Assembly: GCA_050253075.1 (NCBI GenBank)
Contig: JBFWJS010000002.1
Span: 544,001-608,000, forward strand
Length of the DNA stretch: 64,000 bases
From: Deferribacterales bacterium
Lineage (GTDB): Bacteria; Chrysiogenota; Deferribacteres; Deferribacterales; Geovibrionaceae
Direction: 5' to 3'
In this document: positions 29,764 through 38,771 of the stretch, piece after piece
Layout of the letters: each line of letters begins with the position of its first letter
How positions within the stretch are numbered: the first letter of the stretch is position 1
Notes under the pieces: generated by a model
Told to the model about the DNA's origin: nothing
The model's input: the letters and a program-made list of their open reading frames with translations, nothing else
The model's database searches: none
Made by a program: the position numbers and the translations under genes

Positions 29764-32700
29764 CTATTTAGTAAACTGAGCTTTCAGTTCTTCGTATTTA
29801 GAATGGAATGTAGATACGGGAACAACCTTCGCATCACTTCTGAAAAGCTCCGCAGGTTTATATTTATCCATCGCTTTTGACAGTATCACCAGCTTCGTAT
29901 CATCCCCCAGACCCGATGCTATCTTTGCACCGCTCTCCCATGCCTTCACAGAGCCGTCGGATATCGCAGATACATCAATCGGTATCCAGATATTCTCGTC
30001 ATAAACGACAACCTGCTCCTTTGAAAAGCCCAGCCTGCCGAGCATCTCCTCAGGTATGGAGGTGTCGAAAAGTGCGAGCACCTTCCCGTCTGAAACGGTG
30101 AAAGCCATGTCTATACCCGATGCCTTTAGTATCGAGCCGTATGTTATGAGTATGTCGTCGCCGTCGCCCTGTTTGCCGGTTAAAAGCTCTGCGGGATACT
30201 GCGCCGAATCCACCTTTGTATTGCTTCCGTATACATCGGTGAAGGGACGCTTCTCGTCGGGGATGTATTTCACGCCTAGACCGTTGAGATAGTCCAGTGC
30301 TGTCATACCTTTATACAGCTTCATAAGCTGTTTGTCAGACGAGAGGCCTTCCGCCTCGGCTTTCAGCTCATCTGCGATGGATGCCACCGCAGGGGCAGCA
30401 CTGTCTATATATATGGCGAGCTTTTCGCCCGTGTTCCACCTTGTGGTATGGGCATCAAATATCACGATGGGGTATTTGATCTCTGCCTTTTTCTTACCGT
30501 AAGCAATGGATATCACAGCGTCAGTGCGCTTTGTCTTCGATATTTTTTTCAGCTCGTCCGTAAACTCGGCAAAGAGCTGTATCCGCACCCTGTCAAGGGC
30601 GGGTATGCTCTCGAGCTCTGCCGATATCGGCGATGTGAAATACCCGGGCACATCAAGGGTCAGCTCGGATTTCATAATATTTTCATCCGACTGGTTCTCT
30701 ATGACAAGCGTCATGAAAGGTCTGTCGATGAACTCCTCCGGCATGTTTGCAAACACAGGCTCCACACCCGCCACGGAAAGGATTATCCCCTTGTCCTCGG
30801 CTTTCGGTGCGGGCTTTTTCTGCTCTTTCTTCGGAGGCTGTTTCACTGCCGCAGAGGATGCTTTTGCGCTCTGCTTCACGTCAGCCTGAGCGACCTCCAC
30901 GGCAGGTGCAGGGAAACGCTTCCGCTCTATCTCCACCAGCTTATCCAGAGCACCCTGACCGATAGCGTCAAATGCCTGCTGCATGGCAGCCTTTGTGCCC
31001 ATGTTTTCGTTCATATGATAAACCACCAGCCCCTTCGAATCTTCGAAAAGGCGTGTGCCGTCCTTCGCATCATAAACTTCTATGCCCATGTCGGCGTTGA
31101 TCATTTTAAGGTTTTGGCTGACACGGCTTTTAGATGAATCGGCTGTCTCCTTCACTATCACCAGCAGGTCGATTCCGTTCATCTGCATATCTTCTTTATA
31201 TCCGTCAAATGTGCATCCCTTCGATGGAAGCTCCGCCACGGGGAAGAGCAGAGTGTTCAGCTCCTTTGCCAGTGTCGGTCTTGTCACGTCCCCTTCTCCG
31301 CAGGATGCTATACCTATCTTCAGCTCACGCTTTTTATCGCCTATAATGCGCAGATCCTGCAGGTCGGCAACTACCTGCCCCGTATTGAGGAAAACTACAT
31401 AGAGCCCCTCAAATCTTGCACCGTTTACCCTTGTGCCTACAGGGTAGACGCCCGTTGCGTATTTATCGGATGATGAGAGTATCTTATCTTTCACGATGAA
31501 TGATTTCTTTCTCGGCAGTTTGCCCGTGATGCTGTCCACATGGTCTTTCACCGACTGCATCACCGCTTTGTTCAGAGCTATTTTTGCAAGCCCCTCCCCT
31601 GTGCCTATAACGGGTATGCGGATACCTACGAATTTCAGCTTTGCCGCAGGGCCTGTCTGCTCCGCAAGTCCGAGCGACTCTGCCATTTTTGCAGCGTATG
31701 GTGCTCCCGATGAGTTTATCAGCTCTTTCCCCTCTGACTGCTGCCCCAGTCTGTAAAGAGCATAGCCTTCCACAGCCTTAACGCTTTCGTATCTCTCGGG
31801 GAAAAGCTCCTTCACCAGAGCGAATAGCTTCACGGCATCTTCGTATTTCTCTTTTATCAGTTCTTCCGCCAGATTCGCCATAAGGTCATTATCAGAGTCG
31901 GTCTTCAGCATGCTGAGAGACTTTCTGTGCGGTGTTATATACTTAACGTCTATCGGGCCTCTCATGCCTCTGATCACTTCGTATGATTCTTTTTCAGGTA
32001 TGTCGATATTCTCGATGAAGATGTCGCTCTCTGTGGTGATGTCGAGGGCGTTGTTCTTCATGACAAGGCGTCCCATAATGGACTTCACGTCTGAATAGAA
32101 TGAGAGAGCCTCGCTGTTGTGCGAGAATTCCAGCCCGTCGCAGGATATATTTCCCGATTCGCCCAGCAGAGCTGTCTTGTTATATCCGAAGACCGAGTCT
32201 TTCAGTGCGATGTTTGAATTGTCAGTACTTTTCAGAGCTATGTCGAATGATTCGAATCGGCATCCGTCTATGCTGACATCCGAGTTCGAAACCTGAAATA
32301 TCCCGCCGTTGCGGAAGAATACGTTTTCAAACTTCCCTCCGCCTGCGCCCGTGTCATGCAGGGTGATGTTGTATCCCTTCCCTTTGAAGGTGACGTTCTC
32401 TTCCTTTGTGCCCACGGCGTTTATCCTGCCGAGGACAGTGAGGGATGCGCCGTCTTCAAACCTGACCACAGACCCTGCCTCTATGCTCAGCGTAACGCCT
32501 TTCGGCACTGTCAGCTCGTCTCTTACTATGTACGGACTGCCATAGCTGTAAAAGACTGTGTCCACTTTCAGCTCTCCGCTGACATCTGTCGGCCCGGGTT
32601 TCACAGACATGCGTGTCAGCTCAACAAGCTTGCTTTCATTGTCTGCAAGGTCACGTGTAAATATTTTATAAAACACCTTCTGTCCGTATGCGACATTGGT

Positions 32701-33780
32701 GTCGATGTATTCGCTGATCTCCGTTACGGCGAGGTCTGTATATTCTGTCTCACCCTCTACGGCTTTTTTGATAACAAATTCTTTTATGTCTTCGTCGGCT
32801 GGTTTATCCCAGCTCAGTCGTAGGCCGTTCTCTGACACACCGCTGCGGAAATTTGCAGGCTCGCCCGGGGGCGTGGTGTCCACTGTCAGGAGGTAAGGCA
32901 CCTGATACTTAGATACCGTGCGCTTCTCTGAGTTTACGAGGAAAACCTCTACCAGAGCGGCTTTATAGTTTACCCCTTCGGGTATCACATACTTTCCGAG
33001 GTATTCTCCAGATTTCATCTCATTAAGGGTGACAGCATCTGTCTGCCCTACGATGCTGAAATATGCCTTCATCCCCTCGTCACCTTTCATAGAGACCAAT
33101 ATCTCCTCGTGCGCTTTGAACGGACTGTCCAATGTGTTTGTCACTACGGAGAATATCGTCGGCGGGCGCACAGTTGTCAGGTTGTCCGGCTCGGGGAGCT
33201 CGTTTGCGATGTTTCGGCAGAGCTTGTCAAACAGCTCTATCTTCACACTGTCTCTGAGAACAAGTGCAGACTGCACGGCTGTGGATATCGCAGACCACGG
33301 GGAAAGCGGAACACCGCCGCTCTTTCTGTCGACTTTATTCTCTTTTTTCCAGATTATCCTGCCCGTGGAGGCTTCTTCAAAGATTACCTCCAGCTTCACT
33401 GTGAGGCTTCCGTATACGCCTGCGTATATCTTTTCGATACCGACAACGTTAAGGAATACCAGACCGTCCACGCCTAGGTGATCTGCTATCTGCTTATGGG
33501 GGAGTTCGCTCCATTTCTGCCCTGTCTGCTGTTCCAGAAGGAAGAGCTTCGCATCCACATCCGCAAGCTCCATGTCACGATAGTTTTTCGAACCGATATG
33601 GTTAAAGAATGTCACTCGGAGTTCTTTCAGATCCTCAGGGCTTCCTTCGCCTTTGATGGGGAGGACTGCTATATTCTCCGGCAGTGCTGCCACGGCCTGA
33701 GATGTAAATATAAGGCAAAAAAAGGCCGCAAAAAATGCGGCCTTGAGAATGTTTTTATTAATATATTGAGAGTACATCAA
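29764..33780 (-). CDS. Large exported mosaic protein (1338 aa)
   Basis: Signal peptide; DUF799/CsgG-like alpha/beta N-domain (IAVLP...LGVDGLV...TGRIIW); Ig/FN3 (VDTTPP..LSWDKP); beta-helix (SPYIV..LTVPKGVTLSIEAG); TPR-like part; degenerate transglutaminase-like tail. Confidence 0.75.
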   Translation of the reverse strand: MMYSQYINKNILKAAFFAAFFCLIFTSQAVAALPENIAVLPIKGEGSPEDLKELRVTFFNHIGSKNYRDMELADVDAKLFLLEQQTGQKWSELPHKQIADHLGVDGLVFLNVVGIEKIYAGVYGSLTVKLEVIFEEASTGRIIWKKENKVDRKSGGVPLSPWSAISTAVQSALVLRDSVKIELFDKLCRNIANELPEPDNLTTVRPPTIFSVVTNTLDSPFKAHEEILVSMKGDEGMKAYFSIVGQTDAVTLNEMKSGEYLGKYVIPEGVNYKAALVEVFLVNSEKRTVSKYQVPYLLTVDTTPPGEPANFRSGVSENGLRLSWDKPADEDIKEFVIKKAVEGETEYTDLAVTEISEYIDTNVAYGQKVFYKIFTRDLADNESKLVELTRMSVKPGPTDVSGELKVDTVFYSYGSPYIVRDELTVPKGVTLSIEAGSVVRFEDGASLTVLGRINAVGTKEENVTFKGKGYNITLHDTGAGGGKFENVFFRNGGIFQVSNSDVSIDGCRFESFDIALKSTDNSNIALKDSVFGYNKTALLGESGNISCDGLEFSHNSEALSFYSDVKSIMGRLVMKNNALDITTESDIFIENIDIPEKESYEVIRGMRGPIDVKYITPHRKSLSMLKTDSDNDLMANLAEELIKEKYEDAVKLFALVKELFPERYESVKAVEGYALYRLGQQSEGKELINSSGAPYAAKMAESLGLAEQTGPAAKLKFVGIRIPVIGTGEGLAKIALNKAVMQSVKDHVDSITGKLPRKKSFIVKDKILSSSDKYATGVYPVGTRVNGARFEGLYVVFLNTGQVVADLQDLRIIGDKKRELKIGIASCGEGDVTRPTLAKELNTLLFPVAELPSKGCTFDGYKEDMQMNGIDLLVIVKETADSSKSRVSQNLKMINADMGIEVYDAKDGTRLFEDSKGLVVYHMNENMGTKAAMQQAFDAIGQGALDKLVEIERKRFPAPAVEVAQADVKQSAKASSAAVKQPPKKEQKKPAPKAEDKGIILSVAGVEPVFANMPEEFIDRPFMTLVIENQSDENIMKSELTLDVPGYFTSPISAELESIPALDRVRIQLFAEFTDELKKISKTKRTDAVISIAYGKKKAEIKYPIVIFDAHTTRWNTGEKLAIYIDSAAPAVASIADELKAEAEGLSSDKQLMKLYKGMTALDYLNGLGVKYIPDEKRPFTDVYGSNTKVDSAQYPAELLTGKQGDGDDILITYGSILKASGIDMAFTVSDGKVLALFDTSIPEEMLGRLGFSKEQVVVYDENIWIPIDVSAISDGSVKAWESGAKIASGLGDDTKLVILSKAMDKYKPAELFRSDAKVVPVSTFHSKYEELKAQFTK
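33717..33744 (-). terminator. Intrinsic terminator-like structure inside the 5' end of the 1338-aa gene
   Basis: GGCCGCA-TTTTT-TGCGGCC-TTTTTTT, about 14 nt after the stop of the upstream gene. Confidence 0.6.
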
Positions 33781-35797
33781 GATATTTACCTGCTTTGTCT
33801 TTTAATTCGGTAACATCTTTACCCTTTTTATCTTTAAGGAGTATGGCGTTGACGTACATCTCCACGGCTTCTTTCAGGTTGTTCGAAGACTCCAGCCTCT
33901 CAGCCTCGCCGAGATACTTTTCGTCCTGATCTTTAAAGAGCTCTTTCACCTGTGACGATATCTTGTCTATCGTCTCGGTGCGCACGTCGTTGCTGAGCTC
34001 GATATCTGTCGGCAGGTTTGCTGCCTTCATATCTACCTTATAAGAGCCGAGGTCGATACCGCTGGTGGCTTCGTCCCTTGCTTCTTTCTGGGCACGCACA
34101 GTGTTGCTGTAGGTTATGCGCCCCTGTGATGTCTCCACCACACGATAGCTGATGGAAAGGTAGCTGACCTTTTCGTGGAATGCTGTGTCATACTCTGCAT
34201 AGTCATAAACAGGCTGCATGATGTATTTCGGAGGTTCGGGCACTTCCACTGGGCGGTTCTTAGCTTTCAGCTCTTCTGCGTCCTTGTTCCAGTCTTCCCA
34301 CTCTATGTTTCTTATTTTATTTTCGCTTACTTTCACACGCACTTTCTTCTTGCTGTTCTGGATGTTTGTCTCTGTTCTGGAGTCGAGCACCTCACCCATG
34401 AGTAGATAGTCCGCACTCTTTATCTTAAATGAATCTGTGCCCGTGGACTGCTCGTTCACACTGCCCGCAACGGCAAGCTCGTATTCACGAAGCAGTATTT
34501 CAAGAGCACCTCTTTCGATTATCTTTACGTCTTTGTCCAGCGCCTTCTGCAGTATCTGCATGATGTTAGATGTGACCTGCAGTCCGAGCTCAGGTTCACT
34601 CACAGGGCTTTTGAAAGGTATCACGGCGATGCTCTTCAGCGATCTGGCGAGTATCTTATCCTCTGTGCTCTGTTTGATCTCTCTCAGACCGAGATACGAA
34701 GGTGAAAGATCATAAAGCATTGTAAAGTAAAGATATGCCTGTCCAAATGAGCCTTCGTCATGCGCTTTTTGACCGAGGTAGAAGAGGTTGTCATAATAGC
34801 CTTCGAGGTCTTCCTTCGGTATGGATACCATAGTGCGCATTTCGAGAGGTATGTCCTTCATAGTGCTGAAAGCATAGATGAAGTTGTCATACGCCTGCTT
34901 GTTCAGATCCTGAGACGCATGGTCGACTCCCTGCATAAAGCTGACCTCGATGATCTGCACTCTGGTGTTGTCTATCGCTCTCTGTGCCTGCTGTCTAACA
35001 TCAGGGAAAGCGAGAGCCTTTTTATAATATGTAAGAGCACGCGGCAGGTCGCCCGCCTCGGAGGCCTCGTCACCCTTTGTCATGTAATACTCGGCAGTGT
35101 CATTCTTCTCTGCGAGGGCTATGTACTGCTTAAGCTGAGCATTCTCAGGGTCTATCTTCATCATCTTTGCGAGGAGTTCTTTTGCTTCTTTCAGGTTGTC
35201 TTCTGCCAGCATCTTTTCAGCCTCTGGCATATTCACGCTGATGGCCTTTGCACCGTACTCGTCAGCCATCGGGCCGAATACCGCAGGGTCGAGGGCTTTC
35301 GCTCCTGCCGCCGCTTCATAGGCAGAGAAGTAATCGCCGTTCTCGGCACTCTGCGCCGCTACAACCTTTGCAGACTCTATAGCCTCTGTGGTCTTTTTCT
35401 GCTGTTCGGTGAAAAGTGTTTTATATTTAGATACTTCAGGGTTTCCGTCGGAATAGAGAGCGGCTTTGTTCAGCCTTTCTTCCGATGCGGCGAGGTCAGA
35501 CACGCTTACAACAGGCTGTCCCAGCTTTGCCCTGACGAATGTCATGTTTTCGTTATAGATCTCGTCTTCCAGAGCTTCTTCTTCGGCACAGAATCTTTTA
35601 TCCTGTGGAAACTTTGAACAAAGTTCTTTGACATTTTTATACGCAGCCTCTTTGTTTCCCTGCTGCGCCATCATCATGCTCTGGCGGAAAAGTGCTTCGT
35701 CCTGTTCTGAGACACAGGCTGTCAGCGATATAACGGTAAATACGGCAATAAGGCAGTATTTAACCGGTCCAGAGATATAGCTATTCCTCTTACTCAT
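33758..35797 (-). CDS. TPR lipoprotein with C-terminal CsgG/TolB-N-like domain
   Basis: Lipobox LTAC; TPR-like helices; SIAVIPF...IIERGALEILLRE...ADYLLMGEV...YRVVETSQGRI. Confidence 0.8.
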   Translation of the reverse strand: MSKRNSYISGPVKYCLIAVFTVISLTACVSEQDEALFRQSMMMAQQGNKEAAYKNVKELCSKFPQDKRFCAEEEALEDEIYNENMTFVRAKLGQPVVSVSDLAASEERLNKAALYSDGNPEVSKYKTLFTEQQKKTTEAIESAKVVAAQSAENGDYFSAYEAAAGAKALDPAVFGPMADEYGAKAISVNMPEAEKMLAEDNLKEAKELLAKMMKIDPENAQLKQYIALAEKNDTAEYYMTKGDEASEAGDLPRALTYYKKALAFPDVRQQAQRAIDNTRVQIIEVSFMQGVDHASQDLNKQAYDNFIYAFSTMKDIPLEMRTMVSIPKEDLEGYYDNLFYLGQKAHDEGSFGQAYLYFTMLYDLSPSYLGLREIKQSTEDKILARSLKSIAVIPFKSPVSEPELGLQVTSNIMQILQKALDKDVKIIERGALEILLREYELAVAGSVNEQSTGTDSFKIKSADYLLMGEVLDSRTETNIQNSKKKVRVKVSENKIRNIEWEDWNKDAEELKAKNRPVEVPEPPKYIMQPVYDYAEYDTAFHEKVSYLSISYRVVETSQGRITYSNTVRAQKEARDEATSGIDLGSYKVDMKAANLPTDIELSNDVRTETIDKISSQVKELFKDQDEKYLGEAERLESSNNLKEAVEMYVNAILLKDKKGKDVTELKDKAGKYLDVLSIY

Positions 35798-35828
35798 TGG
35801 AGCCCCCGTAGATATATGTGGATTAGTA

Positions 35829-35856
35829 ATACTACATTAATAGTAAAGTATTTCAA
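35829..35856 (-). promoter_or_regulatory. Putative sigma70 promoter of the TPR lipoprotein operon
   Basis: TTGAAA-N16-TAGTAT. Confidence 0.5.
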
Positions 35857-35900
35857 AGTGAAAATGGTCTTATTCTGGATACATATGCGAAAATCTGCAT

Positions 35901-35931
35901 AAAAAAAGCCCGCCTTGTAAAAAGCGGGCTT
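35901..35931 (-). terminator. Rho-independent terminator after the M23 peptidase gene
   Basis: AAGCCCGC...GCGGGCTTTTTTT. Confidence 0.85.
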
Positions 35932-35952
35932 GGTTATTTGCTTGATGTCGGT

Positions 35953-36870
35953 TTAGTTTGTGCCGACGATGAATTTAAGCGGATTGACCGGTATGCCGTT
36001 CACGAGAACTTCATAGTGAACGTGAGGTCCTGTGCTTCGTCCTGTGCTTCCCACTTCGGAGATCACGTCGCCCTTCTCAACCTTGTCTCCTGCGTTCACG
36101 AGGAGCTTGTTGTTGTGGCCGTATTTTGTGATGTATCCGTATCCGTGGTCTATGATAACTGTTTTACCGTAGCCTGCCTTTCTGCCGGAAAAGACGACAA
36201 CGCCTTTTGCTGTGGCTTTTACAGGTACGTTATACTTTGTTGCTATGTCGAGACCTTCGTGGAAAACTCTTCTGCCGGTGAAAGGAGAGATTCTGTATCC
36301 GAATCCGCTGGATATCCAGCCCTTAACAGGCCAGATTGTCGGAGTGGAGCTGAGCATGAGCTTTTGCTCCTCGAGGAAGTCGGCAAGCTCTGAAAGGCTC
36401 ACGGCTCTCTTCTCTATCTCCATACCCAGATTTGTCAGGGTATTATTAAGCTCTTCGAAATATCTCTTATCTTTACGCTCGGAAACCTTTGAAAGATCCT
36501 GAAGGACATCGACCTCTTTACCGCCCACAGCGAGCTGACGAGCTTCTTTGCTCTTATCGCCGTATGCAGCGAGGCTTCTCACTTTGTTCTCAAGCTCCAT
36601 CACACCTGCGATCTTTTCGTTAAGTGTGATCATCTGAGACTCGTATCCTGCGATCTTGTCCTTAAGCTGAAGGTTTTCTTCTTTATATTGGGAAAGAACT
36701 GTACGCTCTTTATAAAGGTTTGTCAGATAGTAAAAACCGGCACCTGATATAAAAACATAGAGTGCCAGCGACATTAAAGCGAATCTGATTACTCTGCTGC
36801 TGATCTTACGCGTCTTCACCTCTTCGAGGCGGGACTCGTCAAAAACCATCACAGTATATTTCTTCTTCAT
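35953..36870 (-). CDS. M23-family peptidoglycan metallopeptidase
   Basis: TM plus coiled coil; HEGLD, YGH, STGPHVHYEV. Confidence 0.95.
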   Translation of the reverse strand: MKKKYTVMVFDESRLEEVKTRKISSRVIRFALMSLALYVFISGAGFYYLTNLYKERTVLSQYKEENLQLKDKIAGYESQMITLNEKIAGVMELENKVRSLAAYGDKSKEARQLAVGGKEVDVLQDLSKVSERKDKRYFEELNNTLTNLGMEIEKRAVSLSELADFLEEQKLMLSSTPTIWPVKGWISSGFGYRISPFTGRRVFHEGLDIATKYNVPVKATAKGVVVFSGRKAGYGKTVIIDHGYGYITKYGHNNKLLVNAGDKVEKGDVISEVGSTGRSTGPHVHYEVLVNGIPVNPLKFIVGTN

Positions 36871-36953
36871 ACAACCTCCGACGTGCTGTCTACAAGGAAA
36901 TTTGCAGTAGTCTACCTGAAAACCGCTGTCTTTTCAAGGGATTAATGTCATTT

Positions 36954-38663
36954 CTATGACAGTTCACCGAGTTTTTGCACAACAGCATCAGCTCCGGCAG
37001 CCACTTCCACTTCGAACGACTCGCCTGTGGAGCGTACCGCAATCTCGATTTTCCCTTCTGTGAGAGTCTTTTTACCAACGACCACACGCAGAGGGATACC
37101 AGTAAGCTCAGCATCGTTAAACTTAACGCCGGGTCTCTCGTCCCTGTCGTCAAGCAGGACTTCTATGCCTCTCTCAGTAAGGTCCTTATATATATTTTCG
37201 GCTGTTTCCACGACATCTTTATCTTTCATCGCAAGAGGAAGCACGCTAACCTTGAAAGGAGCCAGCTTCACAGGCCATACGATACCCTTTTCGTCATGGT
37301 TCTGCTCTATCGCAGCGGCGACAACTCTCGTCACGCCGATGCCGTAACATCCCATCACAAAAGGATTTCTCTTTCCGTCTTTATCGAGGAACATAGCATT
37401 CATGGCTGAAGAGTACTTTGTACCCAGCTTGAATATATGCCCCACTTCGATACCTTTGGTTATTTCATATTTTCCGCTTCCGCATGCACAGCATGTGTCG
37501 CCGATCTCTGCATTTCTGAAATCGTCCACGGCTTCGAACTGAAAATCTCTACCGTGATTCACGTTTATCTTATGCATTTCTTTGACGTTTGCACCCACGC
37601 AGTAGTTGCCCATCGCCTCTACGGCATAGTCGCCGTAAACAGGGAGTGTGAGCCCCACAGGACCGCTGAATCCGAGCGGACCGCCTGTCTTTTCGAATAT
37701 CTCCTGCGGAGTAGCGAGGTCTACGACTGATGCGTTGAAGAAGTTCTTAACCTTTGCGAGGTTAAGCTCGTGGTCGCCTCTGACGCACACAGCTATGAAT
37801 TTATCGTCTACGTTCAGTATCATGGTTTTCACAACTTCGGCATTCTTGATACCGAGCTGTTCAGCTACTTCGGCCACAGTCTTCGCCTTTGGAGTGCTGA
37901 TGTCCTCTGCTGCTTTCATCTCTCCGCTGAACGGCACGCTGTCCTTTTTAACAGGTGCTTTTTCAACGTTTGCAGAGTATTCACAGCTGTCGCAGCTGAT
38001 AACAAAATCCTCGCCTGTATCGGCGAGAACCATAAACTCGTGAGAGAACGAACCGCCGATAGCACCGGAATCCGCCTCCACGACCTTATATCTCAGACCG
38101 CACATTTCGAATATGCGGCGGTATGCTTCATACATTTTTCTATAGCTTTCGTTTGCTGCCTCATCGTTCACGTCAAATGAGTAAGCATCCTTCATCACAA
38201 ATTCGCGTCCACGCATAAGTCCGAATCTGGGACGAACCTCATCACGGAATTTTGTCTGTATCTGATAAAGGTTTATAGGGAGCGCTTTATAAGATGTGAT
38301 GTAGCTGCGCACGATGTCTGTTATGACCTCTTCGTGTGTGGGGCCGTAGCAGAAGTCTCTGTTGTGTCTGTCTTTTATACGGAGGAGCTCCTTACCGTAG
38401 AAGTCCCATCTGCCGGATTCCTGCCAGAGTTCCGCCGGCTGTACAGACGGCATTATCATCTCTATTGCGCCTGCTTCGTTCATGCACTTGCGTACGATAT
38501 CCTCTACTTTTTTAATAACCACAACGCCCAGCGGGAGGTAGTTATATATCCCTGAAGCGAGTTTTTTGATCATCCCCGCCCTTGCCATCAGCTTATGGCT
38601 GACAACTTCGGCGTCAGATGGCACTTCCCTCAAAGTAGGGATAAAGTACTGACTGTATCTCAT
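36954..38663 (-). CDS. proS: Proline--tRNA ligase (with editing domain)
   Basis: GPTHEE, FRDEVRPRFGLMRGREF, GIEVGHIFKLG, MGCYGIG. Confidence 0.99.
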   Translation of the reverse strand: MRYSQYFIPTLREVPSDAEVVSHKLMARAGMIKKLASGIYNYLPLGVVVIKKVEDIVRKCMNEAGAIEMIMPSVQPAELWQESGRWDFYGKELLRIKDRHNRDFCYGPTHEEVITDIVRSYITSYKALPINLYQIQTKFRDEVRPRFGLMRGREFVMKDAYSFDVNDEAANESYRKMYEAYRRIFEMCGLRYKVVEADSGAIGGSFSHEFMVLADTGEDFVISCDSCEYSANVEKAPVKKDSVPFSGEMKAAEDISTPKAKTVAEVAEQLGIKNAEVVKTMILNVDDKFIAVCVRGDHELNLAKVKNFFNASVVDLATPQEIFEKTGGPLGFSGPVGLTLPVYGDYAVEAMGNYCVGANVKEMHKINVNHGRDFQFEAVDDFRNAEIGDTCCACGSGKYEITKGIEVGHIFKLGTKYSSAMNAMFLDKDGKRNPFVMGCYGIGVTRVVAAAIEQNHDEKGIVWPVKLAPFKVSVLPLAMKDKDVVETAENIYKDLTERGIEVLLDDRDERPGVKFNDAELTGIPLRVVVGKKTLTEGKIEIAVRSTGESFEVEVAAGADAVVQKLGELS

Positions 38664-38707
38664 TTATAAATCTCCTTATATGTGTGCATTTCTTATTGTC
38701 CCAAAAA

Positions 38708-38770
38708 AATTTCATACGCTCGCGCCTGAGTGAATCAGGCTTCGCTACGCACGGCGGCTTCCATTTGCGG
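38708..38770. repeat. GC-rich intergenic structured element, possibly related to the 13828-13889 insert
   Basis: GCCTGA-GTGAA-TCAGGC hairpin flanked by CGCT...TTCGCTACGC. Confidence 0.35.
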
Positions 38771-38771
38771 T

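Noticed and set aside
38664..38771. T-box riboswitch upstream of proS (and of glyQ)
   Set aside because: No T-box bulge (UGGNACC) or Stem I motifs; spacers are short and occupied by repeat-like elements.
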